A stretch of 63,401 nucleotides of DNA, filler included, from Octopus bimaculoides (taxonomy: Eukaryota), in assembly GCF_001194135.2 (NCBI RefSeq). It is 10 parts of 8 records of this genome, joined end to end, with 100 filler letters (N's around TTAATTAATTAA, not from the genome) between each part and the next. Parts side by side here need not be neighbours in the genome. Positions count along the whole stretch, not along the records: positions 50,933 to 57,837 come from NC_068982.1; positions 57,938 to 61,042 come from NW_026368497.1; positions 61,143 to 63,401 come from NC_068991.1; 7 more parts are not named here. One strand, written 5' to 3'. The notes below the pieces were generated by a model that was given only the letters and a program-made list of their open reading frames with translations, searched no databases and was not told where the DNA came from. The stretch's first letter is position 1. Every line of letters begins with the position of its first letter. Of this stretch, positions 50,933 through 63,401 are shown in pieces. The translations under genes and the position numbers were made by a program.

Positions 50933-50970
<38 letters not shown>

Positions 50971-51538
50971 GAGTGAGAGATCAGTGCATGCCATCAAAGT
51001 GACACTGGTGTAAAATATACGAAGCCCATTATACCCATCATGACTACCCGGCTGATAAGGGTACACCAGGCACATGCATCACCACCATATGTGCGCGACA
51101 TGGTCATCTCATATCAATATAAACAGCGCATGACCTCTCAGGTGGGGCCGAGTTACAATTTTTTTCAGGTCGAGTAGCTCATCCCGCTCAAAAGGTCCCT
51201 GAATAAGGTTTGTTTAAGGATGTTGAGCAAAATACCCATGTTTCCAAAGGTGAATTATTCAAACCCCAAAGAATTCCTCTCTGCACATGGCTATGATGCT
51301 CCCCCACTACTTCTGCTCATGATCAGAGATGCACATATCGTCAGCCACCAAGGGACATGCTCAACTAGTTGAGGTCAAACATCTGACAAGCAAATCTCTG
51401 GTATTAAGCAGAATATTTGCTGTAGCCCATCTTTTATACCAAGACAAAACAATGTACATGATAACACTTCCAATCAATTAAGATCAGAAGCCATGAGAGC
51501 CACTGCCTGGTACTGCATCCGGGAATTTATTATTATTA

Positions 51539-51582
<44 letters not shown>

Positions 51583-52849
51583 GTTGTTGTTATTGTTATT
51601 ATTATTATTATTAACTCAGGTTTCATTAGAACTCTTGGAGTCTGGCATTGTTCAGGCTTTACGCTCTGAGTTAGAACATCAGCCGAAGTCGACTTTACTT
51701 TTCATTCTTCTCAAGTCGATAGCAAACGTAACAATCAAGTACTGGGGTCGATATAATCAACTGTCCCACTAGTACGAAATTGCTTTCCTTGTACCAAAAT
51801 TTAAAACCATTGTTATTTTTATTTTTGTTGCTGTTGTTGTTGTTGTTGTTGGCGGTGGTGGTGGTGGTGCTGGTAGTGTTTTTGCGGTTGTCGGTTTTCT
51901 TGTGCTGCTCCTGCTGTTATACGTATATTGACGCTCCGCGAGTTTGTCTATTCAAGTCCTTTTTATAATTCTGCTTCCCTTGACTGTCTTATTCCACTTT
52001 GTATTTTTCATTGATTAAATCTACCAAGAAGCTCATCAACCACTTCTCTCACTACTCTCCGTAGTATGCAACGTTTAAAAGTAAGTAAATTCTTTGAAAT
52101 AAAATTTGCAAAATGGGGGTCTCGCTTGTCGTTCAGTCTGCAAATGAGTATGGTGGAGAAAGAGTCGTCTCCTACCACACAATTCTACAACCGTAATAGT
52201 AATCAAAAAATAGTAGCAGCAACGTCATTAGCGACCATTATCATAACAACAACCGCAAAACCTACAACTAGAAATAACATCACAAACAATTGAAACTGCG
52301 AGAAATGTAAACTCACAAAATGATCAGCAGGGTAAAATTGCGCATTGCTATCACCTTAGCAACAGTTTATAAGAGCACAAGAAAAATCACTATCAGATCC
52401 CATCCGAATGAAAAGAAATAACTGCCGTGACAAGTGTGATACTACTAAACAGCAGCCGTGAAAGCAAAGCATAAGCAGAAAGTATTTTGCCAGGCTCACT
52501 AACGTTTCCGATATCATCTCACAAGACAGTATGGATGAAAATTTAGAAAAAGCGGAGGAGCAACTCAACAAATTAGAGCAGAAAGAAGTAACGATCAGTG
52601 TACCACGACACATTTTAAACCAAATACACTGTATAGATGCTTGTCAAAAAGTACACAAATTGGAGCGTATACCTTTAGACCAAGCTGAGCTCTGTTTGAA
52701 AAACATATGTCACGAAATTAGTTATGTAGGACATGCAGGGGAATTCAGATATATCCGAGTTATACTCCACTCGAAAAACTTAGATCAGATGCACTACACT
52801 GTCTTTCAAAAACTGAAGCTTTCCCACTGAAACAGATTATACCTGAGAC

Positions 52850-53560
52850 ACAGAGTGATCCACGGGCCTAAAATCATCAAACTTGTCTCCTTTGTTTAGC
52901 TCTTTCTCAACAGCAGCACAACATTCCTTTTAGCTAGGCTCGGAATTCTCCCGTTCTGTTTCCAGTTGAGTATGCATCTGCCAAGTGGATTCCTAACAAC
53001 TTTGACATATGAAGATAAATCTCATTGAGCTGTCCATACAGTTTCGGCATCTTCTCCCGCAAGGAGCCTTTCACCGCTTCCTGTATTTAGTCTGCAGTTA
53101 TTGTCTTTCCGCTGAATTCCGTATCCCTATCAGAGAGCCGCTGCAGAACGTTGAGGTGTGAAGTAAATTTCATCCATCCGCGATCCTCCGTTCGCCCCAA
53201 ATAGTTAAGCGAAATGTCACTAAAATGCCGCACACATACGCTTGGAATACTGAATTGGGGTTTTGCTGCTGCGTAGCTCTGTTACCAGGAAACCAAGAAC
53301 AGCTTCGTTTTCTCTTGCCGTAGAACACGCCCCTTAACTCTCACAACGCAATATTAGTAGTTCGCGTTGAAGAAATGGTCATGGACCAATGTTAATTCCA
53401 GCACATCAGTCACAATACCCTTTCTAAACGCCTCTTCTAGGTTACAAACTAGCTCTCTTCTACTCCTGAACAAACCACAAGCGGCTATTGACGATTGCTC
53501 TCTATCAACTCCAACTTTATTACTTCTTGAATTCAATCCCTGTAGATTTGGCGCGTAGGG
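52850..53560 (-). mobile_element. L1/Tx1-like LINE ORF2 remnant
   Basis: YAPN, LEEAFRKGIVTDVL, ITAD*IQEAVK...KMPKLYG...EIY and DKFDDFRP resemble the L1-type endonuclease, linker and RT-start motifs. Many lesions. Confidence 0.7.
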
Positions 53561-54486
53561 GAAGAGGAGTTCAGTTTCCAGTAATTGTGTCAGTGACTTT
53601 GAACTTTATCAAGTCACAAATGTGTGGTGTGTGAATGTAACTATTTTCAATTGTGAACAATTTATGCTATTTCTATCTGCTGGTCTACTGAATATTCTAT
53701 ATACTTTACGGTTGATACGATGCCACTTTCTCATGTCTACATTGGTGCATTCGTGAAATCCAATGTGTAGCTCTCCCTAACTTAAAAGTGACTGTGCAGT
53801 TTATTGAAGTGTTTGCAACTACTTTCTATCATTTGGCTCCACAAAATTAGACGATTATCGAAGTTGCTCACTAGCAATAGAACAGACGTTCCGCGGTAAA
53901 ACCTCCAGACGCTTGAAGAAAACTGGCCACACTCTCCCTGTCGGGTCATACGCGATGCCTTGGTGGGAAGCATCCCCTTCGCTGGTATGTCCAGGTCCAC
54001 CATCATACAATGCATTGAGTTGCAAGTATATTTTACAAGTTTGAGTGACTTATTATTTTCATAGACAATATCATCGCATATATCAAATTTTCCTTTCATG
54101 CGACTTACGTTTGCACGTCTTGATATTTACATTATATTATCAATTAGTATGCACTCAAAAATACATGAATACATACATACATACATACATACATACATAC
54201 ATACATACGTACATACATATATATGCATACATAAAAACTTGCCTTCACACACATTCATACACACGTACACANNNNNNNNNNNNNNNNNNNNNNNNNNNNN
54301 NNNNNNNNNNNNNNNNNNNNNNNNNNNNNNNNNNNNNNNNNNNNNNNNNNNNNNNNNNNNNNNNNNNNNNNNNNNNNNNNNNNNNNNNNNNNNNNNNNNN
54401 NNNNNNNNNNNNNNNNNNNNNNNNNNNNNNNNNNNNNNNNNNNNNNNNNNNNNNNNNNNNNNNNNNNNNNNNNNNNNNNNNNNNNA

Positions 54487-54725
54487 AGGCAGCAAGCTGG
54501 CAGAAACGTTAGCATGCCGGGCGAAATGCTTTGTGAGATTTCGTCTGCTGCTACGTTCTGAGTTCAAATTCCGCCGACGTCGACTTCGACTTTGGCTTTC
54601 ATCCTTTCGGGGTCGATTAAATAAGTACCAGTTACGTACTGGGGCCGATATAATCGACTTAATATGTTTGTCTGTCCTTGTTTGTCCCCTCTGTGTGTAG
54701 CCCCTTGTGGGTAGTAAAGAAATAA
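54487..54725 (+). mobile_element. Near full-length SINE family A
   Basis: aggcagcaagctggcagaaacgttagca head, gagttcaaattccgcc B-box-like segment, core and tail. Confidence 0.9.
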
Positions 54726-54735
54726 CACACGCACG

Positions 54736-54769
<34 letters not shown>

Positions 54770-56104
54770 CACACACAGACACGTACACACAAATATAAAT
54801 ATCTACATATGGTTTTAACTAAAGTAATAATGGTGTGTTTTGCCTTTGAATAAAATTTAATAAGACTAATTTTCCAATAAACCCAGTTCAGTATCGAACA
54901 TATTCTGCACAAGAAAAGTCGCTAAATAATGCAAGATATTGGAGAAGCAAATTGGAATTCTGCAATAGAATACCATGAATAAAAGTGATTTACCTTCCCA
55001 TATTGCAGCCGTTGTGGACTTCAGATTGGCTTATCAGCGAATCCTGAGTGGTTCTGGTTTAAAAGAACTTTAGTTTAAAAGGATTTTAATGGTATAAACT
55101 ACTTATGTTTGTTAATATCCCACTGGATGTGCATATAGCGATTGACAATAGAGTAACATGTAAAGTATAGTCTTGGAAAGCACTGATATTAAGCACTGGC
55201 GTACTTTGATTTAAACAACCTCATCAAAGAGGAAGGCGTAATCGGTCGGAGACGAAGGCGTGAAGATATGAGATGCAAATAAATAAAACGCGTTTCCTTA
55301 ATTGTCATGAGTAAACTTGTGAAATACAATCTCATTGAACGCTTGAAATACAGTAAGCTGGTATAAAAAGGCAAATAATCTACATGAGAGAAAGCAAGAG
55401 TTGGAGGTGAGGGAAAGGGTGTGGAGGAAATTGAGATAATAAGAGAGATGCGGGGAGGGAGAGCGGGAAGTTAGGAACTAGGGAGACATTTGATGAATGA
55501 ATCACGTGCCTTCTGAAACATGATATATCAAGGGAAGAGAAAATGCTCAGACTATGATGAAGGTTTAAAATTTATTAGGACTTAGAAGACAGTGTATTGA
55601 AGCATCAACTCTTTAACCTTCTATTCACTTCCCTCTCTCTTTCTCTCTCTGTCTATCCCCCATCTCTCTCTCCCTCTCCCTCTCCCTACTTATCTCTGTA
55701 TATATGAGTCCTCTCTCGAATTGTACGTGTTCCTTGTATCTAACGCATTCAAAGAAAGTGTATGTAAAGATTCACCGTGTGATAATCGCAAAAGCGGACA
55801 CGCATATACATGCATACACATACACAAACACATGGACATACACACGAATATACACACACACGCACGTGCGTGCACAAACACACAAATGTGGAAATAGGTG
55901 TTACTATAATGGTTAGTAACTCTCGTGCGTCTGAGGGGGTGAGGCCGAAGAGTTGGAGATTGATGGATGGGGAAGTGAGAAAAGATGAAGGGGAGATGGG
56001 GAGGTGAGAAAAGATGAAGGGGAAGATGGAGAGGAGAAGGTTTCAGGGGAGCGAGGAAGAGATGAGGAAGCAGAGGAGGAAGAGATGAGGAAGCAGAAGA
56101 GGAA

Positions 56105-56598
56105 GAGATGCTGGTTGAGATAAGGACGTAATGTGGTATATGAGGATATCGACGTCCGGGAGAGCTGGTACAGAGGTGTAGAGGGAAACTACGTCTAAAC
56201 TAAAAGGGTATTTGTTAGTTTTAAGTATGGAGGGATCGATATCTTCGAGTCTTGTGAAGATTTCGTGGGAGCCGCTGACGTGTCCGAGGAATACGTGTAA
56301 TAAGGGCTTGAGGAGTTTAGAGAGGAGCCAAGAAATCTTATAGAAAGGATCATTAATTCCTGATACTATGGGTCTGATTTTAAACTTAGGTCAGGATTTG
56401 TGGGTTTTTATTGAATGATAGAAGGATGGAAGGGTGTTGTTTTTAGATGTGTAGTTCAGTCTACTCTTCTTGGAGAGTTTTCTTTGGTGACAAATGTTGG
56501 TCCAGCCGTTGATGATGGTGGATTCCAGTTTGTGACGTGTGATGTTGTGAACCTTTTCGTATAGGGTGGCGTCACCGAGGTGTTCGATAGCTAGTTTA
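56105..56598 (-). pseudogene. Penelope-like reverse transcriptase fragment
   Basis: LPSFYHSIKTHKS*PKFKIRPIVSGINDPFYKISWLLSKLLKP...FSLDVVSLYTSVP contains PLE RT motifs 1, 2 and A; one stop. No ATG, so absent from the ORF track. Confidence 0.92.
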
Positions 56599-56949
56599 TT
56601 ATATATAAGTAAGTGTTTTTATGTGTGTATTCATACATGTCCGGTCACAGAGAGACCAATCGTTTCGTTTCCATGAATGGCTTAGCTCCATGGGCAACTC
56701 GTCACTTTCTAAAGCTGAAGGTATTAAATTCTTCAACTCTGGGAGGTGAGAATCCGTTACGGACAGCTAGTTAGTCAATAATCAAGGATTAAATTATTCG
56801 CGTCGGCGATGATGTGTTATCTCACTCAGACCAGGTCACACTGGACAAATGAGAGGTAACAGCGAATTTCGTCCTTAGGCTGCTTTCAGTTTGTAAGGAC
56901 CTTTTCGGATCTAATCAATAAATAGGAATTCACATACTTGTAGCAGGTA

Positions 56950-57330
56950 GCATCTGAATTGGATGCAGGGAGCTGAAAATTTCTTGCTGAGAGTTCATCA
57001 ATCTAGTTCCAAGGTGTCTTTGAGGATCCTTGCTCGCTCAGCTATGCAAAGCTTGCAGCGCTCACTAATATAGGATCCCAGCCGCTCTACGATCTTCCAC
57101 TTGATATACAATGGAGTCCCTTCGTTTTTGAAGTCCCCCACATGGCTTGCCAATTAAGTGACGAATCGTTTTCCGGAATCCCGAAAGAAACACTGTCGTC
57201 CAGTGGGTTTAAGGACCGCATCTTCTACATGCAGGCTCTAGCACCCACAAAGGAAAGCGTCACTGGAACGTCGTTTGGTTGGCTCCACTCTTGTCACTCA
57301 ACGTCAAGACTTGTGTGGGAAGAATTTTCT
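56950..57330 (-). mobile_element. Degenerate GIY-YIG endonuclease C-terminus of a PLE
   Basis: IKWKIVERLGSYISERCKLCIAERARIL matches the W.I+...Y...RC.LC+.E...I pattern. Frameshifts on both sides. Confidence 0.7.
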
Positions 57331-57561
57331 AACCTAAGTTACCCACCACTTAAGTGTATCCTCTAGTTGTGTAACCGACATGGAAAGTATATTAGCGAAC
57401 ACCCATAAAACGCGGTGGAGGCTGGTTGCTCATGCAGGGAGTACACTGACTGCCCAATGGGGAGCTAATGCGAGGCTGACTTTTCAGTGACTTTTCGTCA
57501 CTGGAAGACGTATATATATTTGCATTGAGAATCACTTCCCATCACCAATCGGTGATTGTCA

Positions 57562-57602
57562 CACGCTGATGACGGGTCAATACCCAGAAACTCGAGTCCG
57601 TG
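57562..57602 (+). ncRNA. Minimal type I hammerhead ribozyme motif
   Basis: CACG / CTGATGA / C-GGGT-CAAT-ACCC-A / GAAA / CTCGAG / TC / CGTG. Full core, GUC site after 57598, palindromic helix III ACTCGAGT; one C.A mismatch at the base of stem II. Confidence 0.75.
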
Positions 57603-57937
57603 AGTATCACGTCAGGCTGGAGATGGGAATGATGACTTCCCTTTGCAAATACTGATAGGGCACAGATAGTGTGTGAATGGTCAGCTGGAGGAGATGACTT
57701 CCTGGGGCTACACGCTACAGTAGCATCGACTCTTAAAGGTTAGCCACATTTAGGTGGCAAATATACTTTACGATATCGTGCTGCTACTGTTTATATCTCG
57801 CTCAGAGATTTATAATTGCTTATATATATATATATATNNNNNNNNNNNNNNNNNNNNNNNNNNNNNNNNNNNNNNNNNNNNTTAATTAATTAANNNNNNN
57901 NNNNNNNNNNNNNNNNNNNNNNNNNNNNNNNNNNNNN

Positions 57938-57990
<53 letters not shown>

Positions 57991-58141
57991 TGTATATATA
58001 CACATATGTACATTTATGCATCTGCTCAGATAGATAGATGTATAGATAGATGGAGAGGTTAAATTAAATTAGATAGATGGATAAATAATAAGATTAGTAC
58101 AACACACATACACATATAAAGTTATACATACAATCACATAT

Positions 58142-58175
<34 letters not shown>

Positions 58176-58322
58176 GCACACATATACATATATGCGCACA
58201 TGTACACGCATACATATGTTGAGAAATATAGATATATAGATAGATATTGTGATAAATACACACATACACACACATACGTATATGTATAAAGTTATACATA
58301 CTCATATACACATATGTGTATG

Positions 58323-58365
<43 letters not shown>

Positions 58366-59133
58366 ATATATATATGTGTGTGTGTATATATGTACACATA
58401 CAGACATTCTCATATGTATATACATGTATATTCACATATGCTGAAAAATTGCTAGACAAGATGGGAGAACCAGGCAGACAAATAGATTGTTTTTTTTATT
58501 TTTCATTTTTTATTTATTTTTTTTTTGTCCAAATAATTATTATTATTATCCACAACCTCCTCTGACACTCCCACACCCCACAGCAACATCACCACCACCA
58601 CCACCACCACCACCATCACCTCCATTTCTGCAAAAGCAAGCCTTCGACTCTGGTTTCATCTCTTCACAACCTTCCCTCCTTCCCTTTCCTTGAGCCGTAA
58701 CTCCACTCACCACTCCTTCAAGCTACCTCTCACTCACTCACTCATTCACTCGTTCACTCACTCGTTCACTTTTTCCCCTCGATTCGTGCAGTCTTTCTTC
58801 CTAGGCTCCTCGTCCTATTTCATATAGATTTTTTTTTCCGCCCTTCTCAGCACTGCTCACTCACACTCTGCCTCCATCTCCCCCTCTCTCTCTCTCTCTC
58901 TCTCTATCCCTCCCTCTCCTCTGCCTGGTCACACTCCACTCGGCTGTGGCGCAATGCCGTGCATTGGTCATACAGTACATTACATATCATGTGTGTGTTT
59001 GGCTGTATGTCTGTATGTATGATTGTGTGTCTGTGTGTGTATGTACACTTTCAAACACACACACATATATATAATATACATAAATACACACATACATACA
59101 TACATATATGTATGTATATATATATATATATAT

Positions 59134-59174
<41 letters not shown>

Positions 59175-60213
59175 TATATATATACATATACACACAGGTA
59201 TATGTACATATACATACATATATATATATGTATGTATGTATGTATATACACACATATATGTATATACATACATACATATATATATGCATGTATATATATA
59301 TATATGTGTGTATATATACATGCAGATGGTGTTTTTAAATGCATAAAAACGATGCAGAATGTGTGCCTATGGAACCAATCTTTCCTGTGAAGAAAAAATA
59401 TAACACACATATAAATGTGTGTGTGTGTGTAAATTTACATTTGGGGAAGTATAGATATGTATGTATATANNNNNNNNNNNNNNNNNNNNNNNNNNNNNNN
59501 NNNNNNNNNNNNNNNNNNNNNNNNNNNNNNNNNNNNNNNNNNNNNNNNNNNNNNNNNNTAGACGGTTTAGATATAGATTCAAGGCTTGAATATGGTACTT
59601 ATGCGAAGGCACCCGAATATCACATCCCAAAAGGATGGGTGATTAAAATCAAACAATAAGCAACACGGATTTCAAAAGTGATTGCAGTACGCACGTTTCA
59701 TGCTACTTCAATTTATTTAAGTAATGTGAGCATTACCTTAAATGCAATATGAAGAGCAATCTTCAGCTGCACGAAAAAATGTAGAAAAAATGTAGAAAAA
59801 AGGACATATTACAAATGTGGCAACATATTAAAACCAAGTGGGAGAGAGCAGAGGAAGAATATATAAGTCCATCTTGACATAGCAGGGTCTATCAGGCTAA
59901 TGTATATATACACTGTATTAAAATAAGAGTACTAATAGTTTCTTGTCATTGAGACATGTGGTTAGGCAGACTTTTATAACATGCCTTGTGACTCCAAACA
60001 ATCATCTGGCTCTGGACATATGGTTTGTTCTAGTTGAAAAATGATTTAGGTCTTTTATCTTTCTGCGATACACCATGCCTTTCAAATGCCCCCAAAGATA
60101 CAAATCGAGAGGGGTCAGATAAGGGGATCTAGGGGATCTTAGAAATTGTTTCTTATGAGTGTGTGTCTGTGTGTATGTGCATACACAGACATTCTCTTAT
60201 ATATATATACACA

Positions 60214-60588
60214 CGATGGGCTTCTTTCAGTTTCCGTCTACCAAATCCACTCACAGGGCTTTGGTCAGCCGAAAGCTATTCTAGAATACTCTTGCCCAAA
60301 TATATATATATATATATGCATATATACAACGGGCTTCTTTCAGTTTCCATCTACCAAATCCATTCACAAGGCTTTGGTCAGCCGAAGGCTATTCTAGAAT
60401 ATTCTTGCTTCTCCCCCCCCAATATATATATACAACGGGCTTCTTTCAGTTTCCATCTACCGAATCCACTCACAAGGCTTTGGTCGGCTCGAGGCTATAA
60501 TAGAAACCACTTGCCCAAGGTGCCATGCAGTGGGACTGAACCCGGAGCCATGTGGTTGAGAGGCAAGCTTCTTACCACACAGCCACGC
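60214..60588 (-). mobile_element. SINE B with local triplication of its about 100-bp 3' part
   Basis: gggcttctttcagtttcc...aatcca.tcaca.ggctttggtc occurs three times in tandem; only the last continues into the head. Confidence 0.85.
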
Positions 60589-60875
60589 CAATATGTTTGC
60601 ATGTTGTTATCCCCTTTTTAAACCACGAATTAGTTTTATATGTTGTTAAGGCATTGTTTTACAGGGGAATGCCCTTTTCGTTGCGAATTCTTCTCTATTT
60701 TTTCCCATCAGAACGTCTCTGTACTCCACGTGTCTTCAAAGGCACGAAGCCAGCAGTTAATGTCTACGACGTATGTTTTGTGCTGTTAACATTTCTTTCT
60801 TGTTCTTTGCCGTGCTTAGAAAAGTGCAAATCTGAACAAGAGCGACACACATATTACTCACACCCACCCACACAC

Positions 60876-60908
<33 letters not shown>

Positions 60909-61232
60909 CTCTTTTACTTGTTTCAGTCATTTGACTGTGGCCATGCTGGAGCACCACGTTTAGTCGAGCAAATCGACCCCAGGACTTATTCTTGTGCCGA
61001 ACCGCTAAGTTACGCGGACGTAGAGACCCCACCATCGGTTGTNNNNNNNNNNNNNNNNNNNNNNNNNNNNNNNNNNNNNNNNNNNNTTAATTAATTAANN
61101 NNNNNNNNNNNNNNNNNNNNNNNNNNNNNNNNNNNNNNNNNNTATATATATATATGCATGTATCTGTCTCTGTGTGTAGGTGCAGACACATAATATCTGG
61201 TGCTCATTTTTTGCGATATTGCAATATAAGGA

Positions 61233-61298
<66 letters not shown>

Positions 61299-63212
61299 AT
61301 ACTTATGTATATATATATATTTACATATATAGACATATATATAATACATATATATATATATATATGTATACATATACACATACACATATATATATATACA
61401 TATACATGTATATGTATTTGTATGTATATATATATGTGTGTATGTGTATATGTATACATATATACGCACGTAAATGTATATATATGTATGTATACATACC
61501 GCCCCCCCCCCCTACATATATAAGCATGTAAATCTGTTCAAAACCAGTTTCCCATCACAATTCACCAAGCTTAGTACTACCGCAATGTTTTGGTGAGTCT
61601 CCTTCTACAACGACTGCTTTTAACTGTAACTTGATACTAACACCAGTAGTGGTAGTGGTAGTAGTAATAGTAGTAGTACTAGTAGTAGTAGTATTCGTTG
61701 TTTTATTCTGGTATTAGTTGTTGCGGCATTTTGTAGTTGCTGTTGCCTTTCTTCTTCTTCTTCTTCTTCTTCTTCTTCTTCTTCTTCTTCTTCTTCTTCT
61801 TCTTCTTCTTCTTCTTCTTTTGTATTTTACTTCTAGACCAGAACCACCNNNNNNNNNNNNNNNNNNNNNNNNNNNNNNNNNNNNNNNNNNNNNNNNNNNN
61901 NNNNNNNNNNNNNNNNNNNNNNNNNNNNNNNNNNNNNNNNNNNNNNNNNNNNNNNNNNNNNNNNNNNNNNNNNNNNNNNNNNNNNNNNNNNNNNNNNNNN
62001 NNNNNNNNNNNNNNNNNNNNNNNNNNNNNNNNNNNNNNNNNNNNNNNNNNNNNNNNNNNNNNNNNNNNNNNNNNNNNNNNNNNNNNNNNNNNNNNNNNNN
62101 NNNNNNNNNNNNNNNNNNNNNNNNNNNNNNNNNNNNNNNNNNNNNNNNNNNNNNNNNNNNNNNNNNNNNNNNNNNNNNNNNNNNNNNNNNNNNNNNNNNN
62201 NNNNNNNNNNNNNNNNNNNNNNNNNNNNNNNNNNNNNNNNNNNNNNNNNNNNNNNNNNNNNNNNNNNNNNNNNNNNNNNNNNNNNNNNNNNNNNNNNNNN
62301 NNNNNNNNNNNNNNNNNNNNNNNNNNNNNNNNNNNNNNNNNNNNNNNNNNNNNNNNNNNNNNNNNNNNNNNNNNNNNNNNNNNNNNNNNNNNNNNNNNNN
62401 NNNNNNNNNNNNNNNNNNNNNNNNNNNNNNNNNNNNNNNNNNNNNNNNNNNNNNNNNNNNNNNNNNNNNNNNNTCCATCGTTAATTATCTTTATTATCAT
62501 GATTGCCAACAATACGCTTAATGTTGTCGTGGTCGACCCACCGTGACGACCACCTCTACAAACAACTTCATCATCGACGTTGTCATCGTCGTCATCATCA
62601 TCATCATCATCATTTTGACAGCCCACTTCCTCCAGACGAAACCAATTCCCCCCCACCCCCACCCGAATGCTAATTACCATTAGATAGTAATAAAATATAT
62701 ACGAGTCAGACCGAGAGGATCTGGATCCAAAACCCAAGTCTTCAGCATAGAGCTGTATGCGAGAAGGATTGTGAGCCGATTTGCCAATTACCTCAAGAAA
62801 TAGCTCTCAGTTTCTGATCGAAGGAGATCTACAAGTCTTAATGAAAAGTCAGAAGCAGTTCCATCCGGATCTTGCCAAAGTGAAACGGAAGTGAGTTTCA
62901 AAAGACATTATTTATCCAAGAGAGTCAAATGGTGTCACGGACTTAATTGCTTATCAGACCGAAGGTACCGTGACTTGAGGGTACCGTGACTTGAGGGTAC
63001 CGTAACCCTCTAAAGAAGATGACAGTAAAGGCTATAAGACATGACATGGAGACCAGGAAAAGCAAATTGGTCTTCATGACGTCCACGTCATGTCTTGCAG
63101 CTTTTACAATGTTCAAAGACCCTCGAAGAGCAGCAGTCATGATGTCGGCGTTTTGATACCCGACAAGACTCGTCGTGATACAGGTAACTCTTTTCCAATA
63201 ATTCAGATGGTT

Positions 63213-63351
63213 ATTCCGCCGAGGTCGACTTTGCCTTTCATCCTTTCGGGGTCGATAAATTAAGTACCAGTTGCGTACTGGGATCGATCAAATCGATTGG
63301 CCCTATCTCCCCCAAAATTTCGAGCCTTGAACCTAGAGTAGAAAAGGATAT
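63213..63351 (+). mobile_element. 5'-truncated SINE A with 11-bp target-site duplication
   Basis: ttcagatggtt at 63202-63212 and 63352-63362. Confidence 0.85.
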
Positions 63352-63401
63352 TTCAGATGGTTTCCAGTCCTCCATGTCAGTTAACTTTTTGTTCAATTAC
63401 A

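Overview
AT-rich, microsatellite-saturated eukaryotic scaffold with many N gaps. The SINE families, Penelope-like elements (PLEs) and repeat density point to an octopus (coleoid) genome; this is an inference from recalled repeats, not a database result. The best-supported gene is a minus-strand cytosolic sulfotransferase (SULT)-like gene. Its three last exons (27774-27871, 27285-27462, 24726-24832) have canonical splice sites and compatible phases. Its C-terminal PAPS motif is degenerate, its dimerisation motif is intact, and its N-terminal exons were not found. Two less certain genes appear to interleave on opposite strands in the first 20 kb. One is a minus-strand protein kinase (GxGGFG exon at 13839-13947). 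The other is a plus-strand gene whose likely last exon encodes an Asp-rich tail ending in KDEL (18736-18838). The rest is mostly decayed mobile DNA: several PLE fragments, RTE, L1/Tx1-like and R4/Dong-like LINE remnants, Tc1 and maT-type transposase relics, three SINE families, palindromes and minisatellites. Manual folding found two nearly intact minimal type I hammerhead ribozyme motifs (57562-57602, 10946-11007), a hairpin element built from two inverted hammerhead halves (12457-12672) and several hammerhead relics. All gene models are by-eye predictions without transcript or homology-search support.
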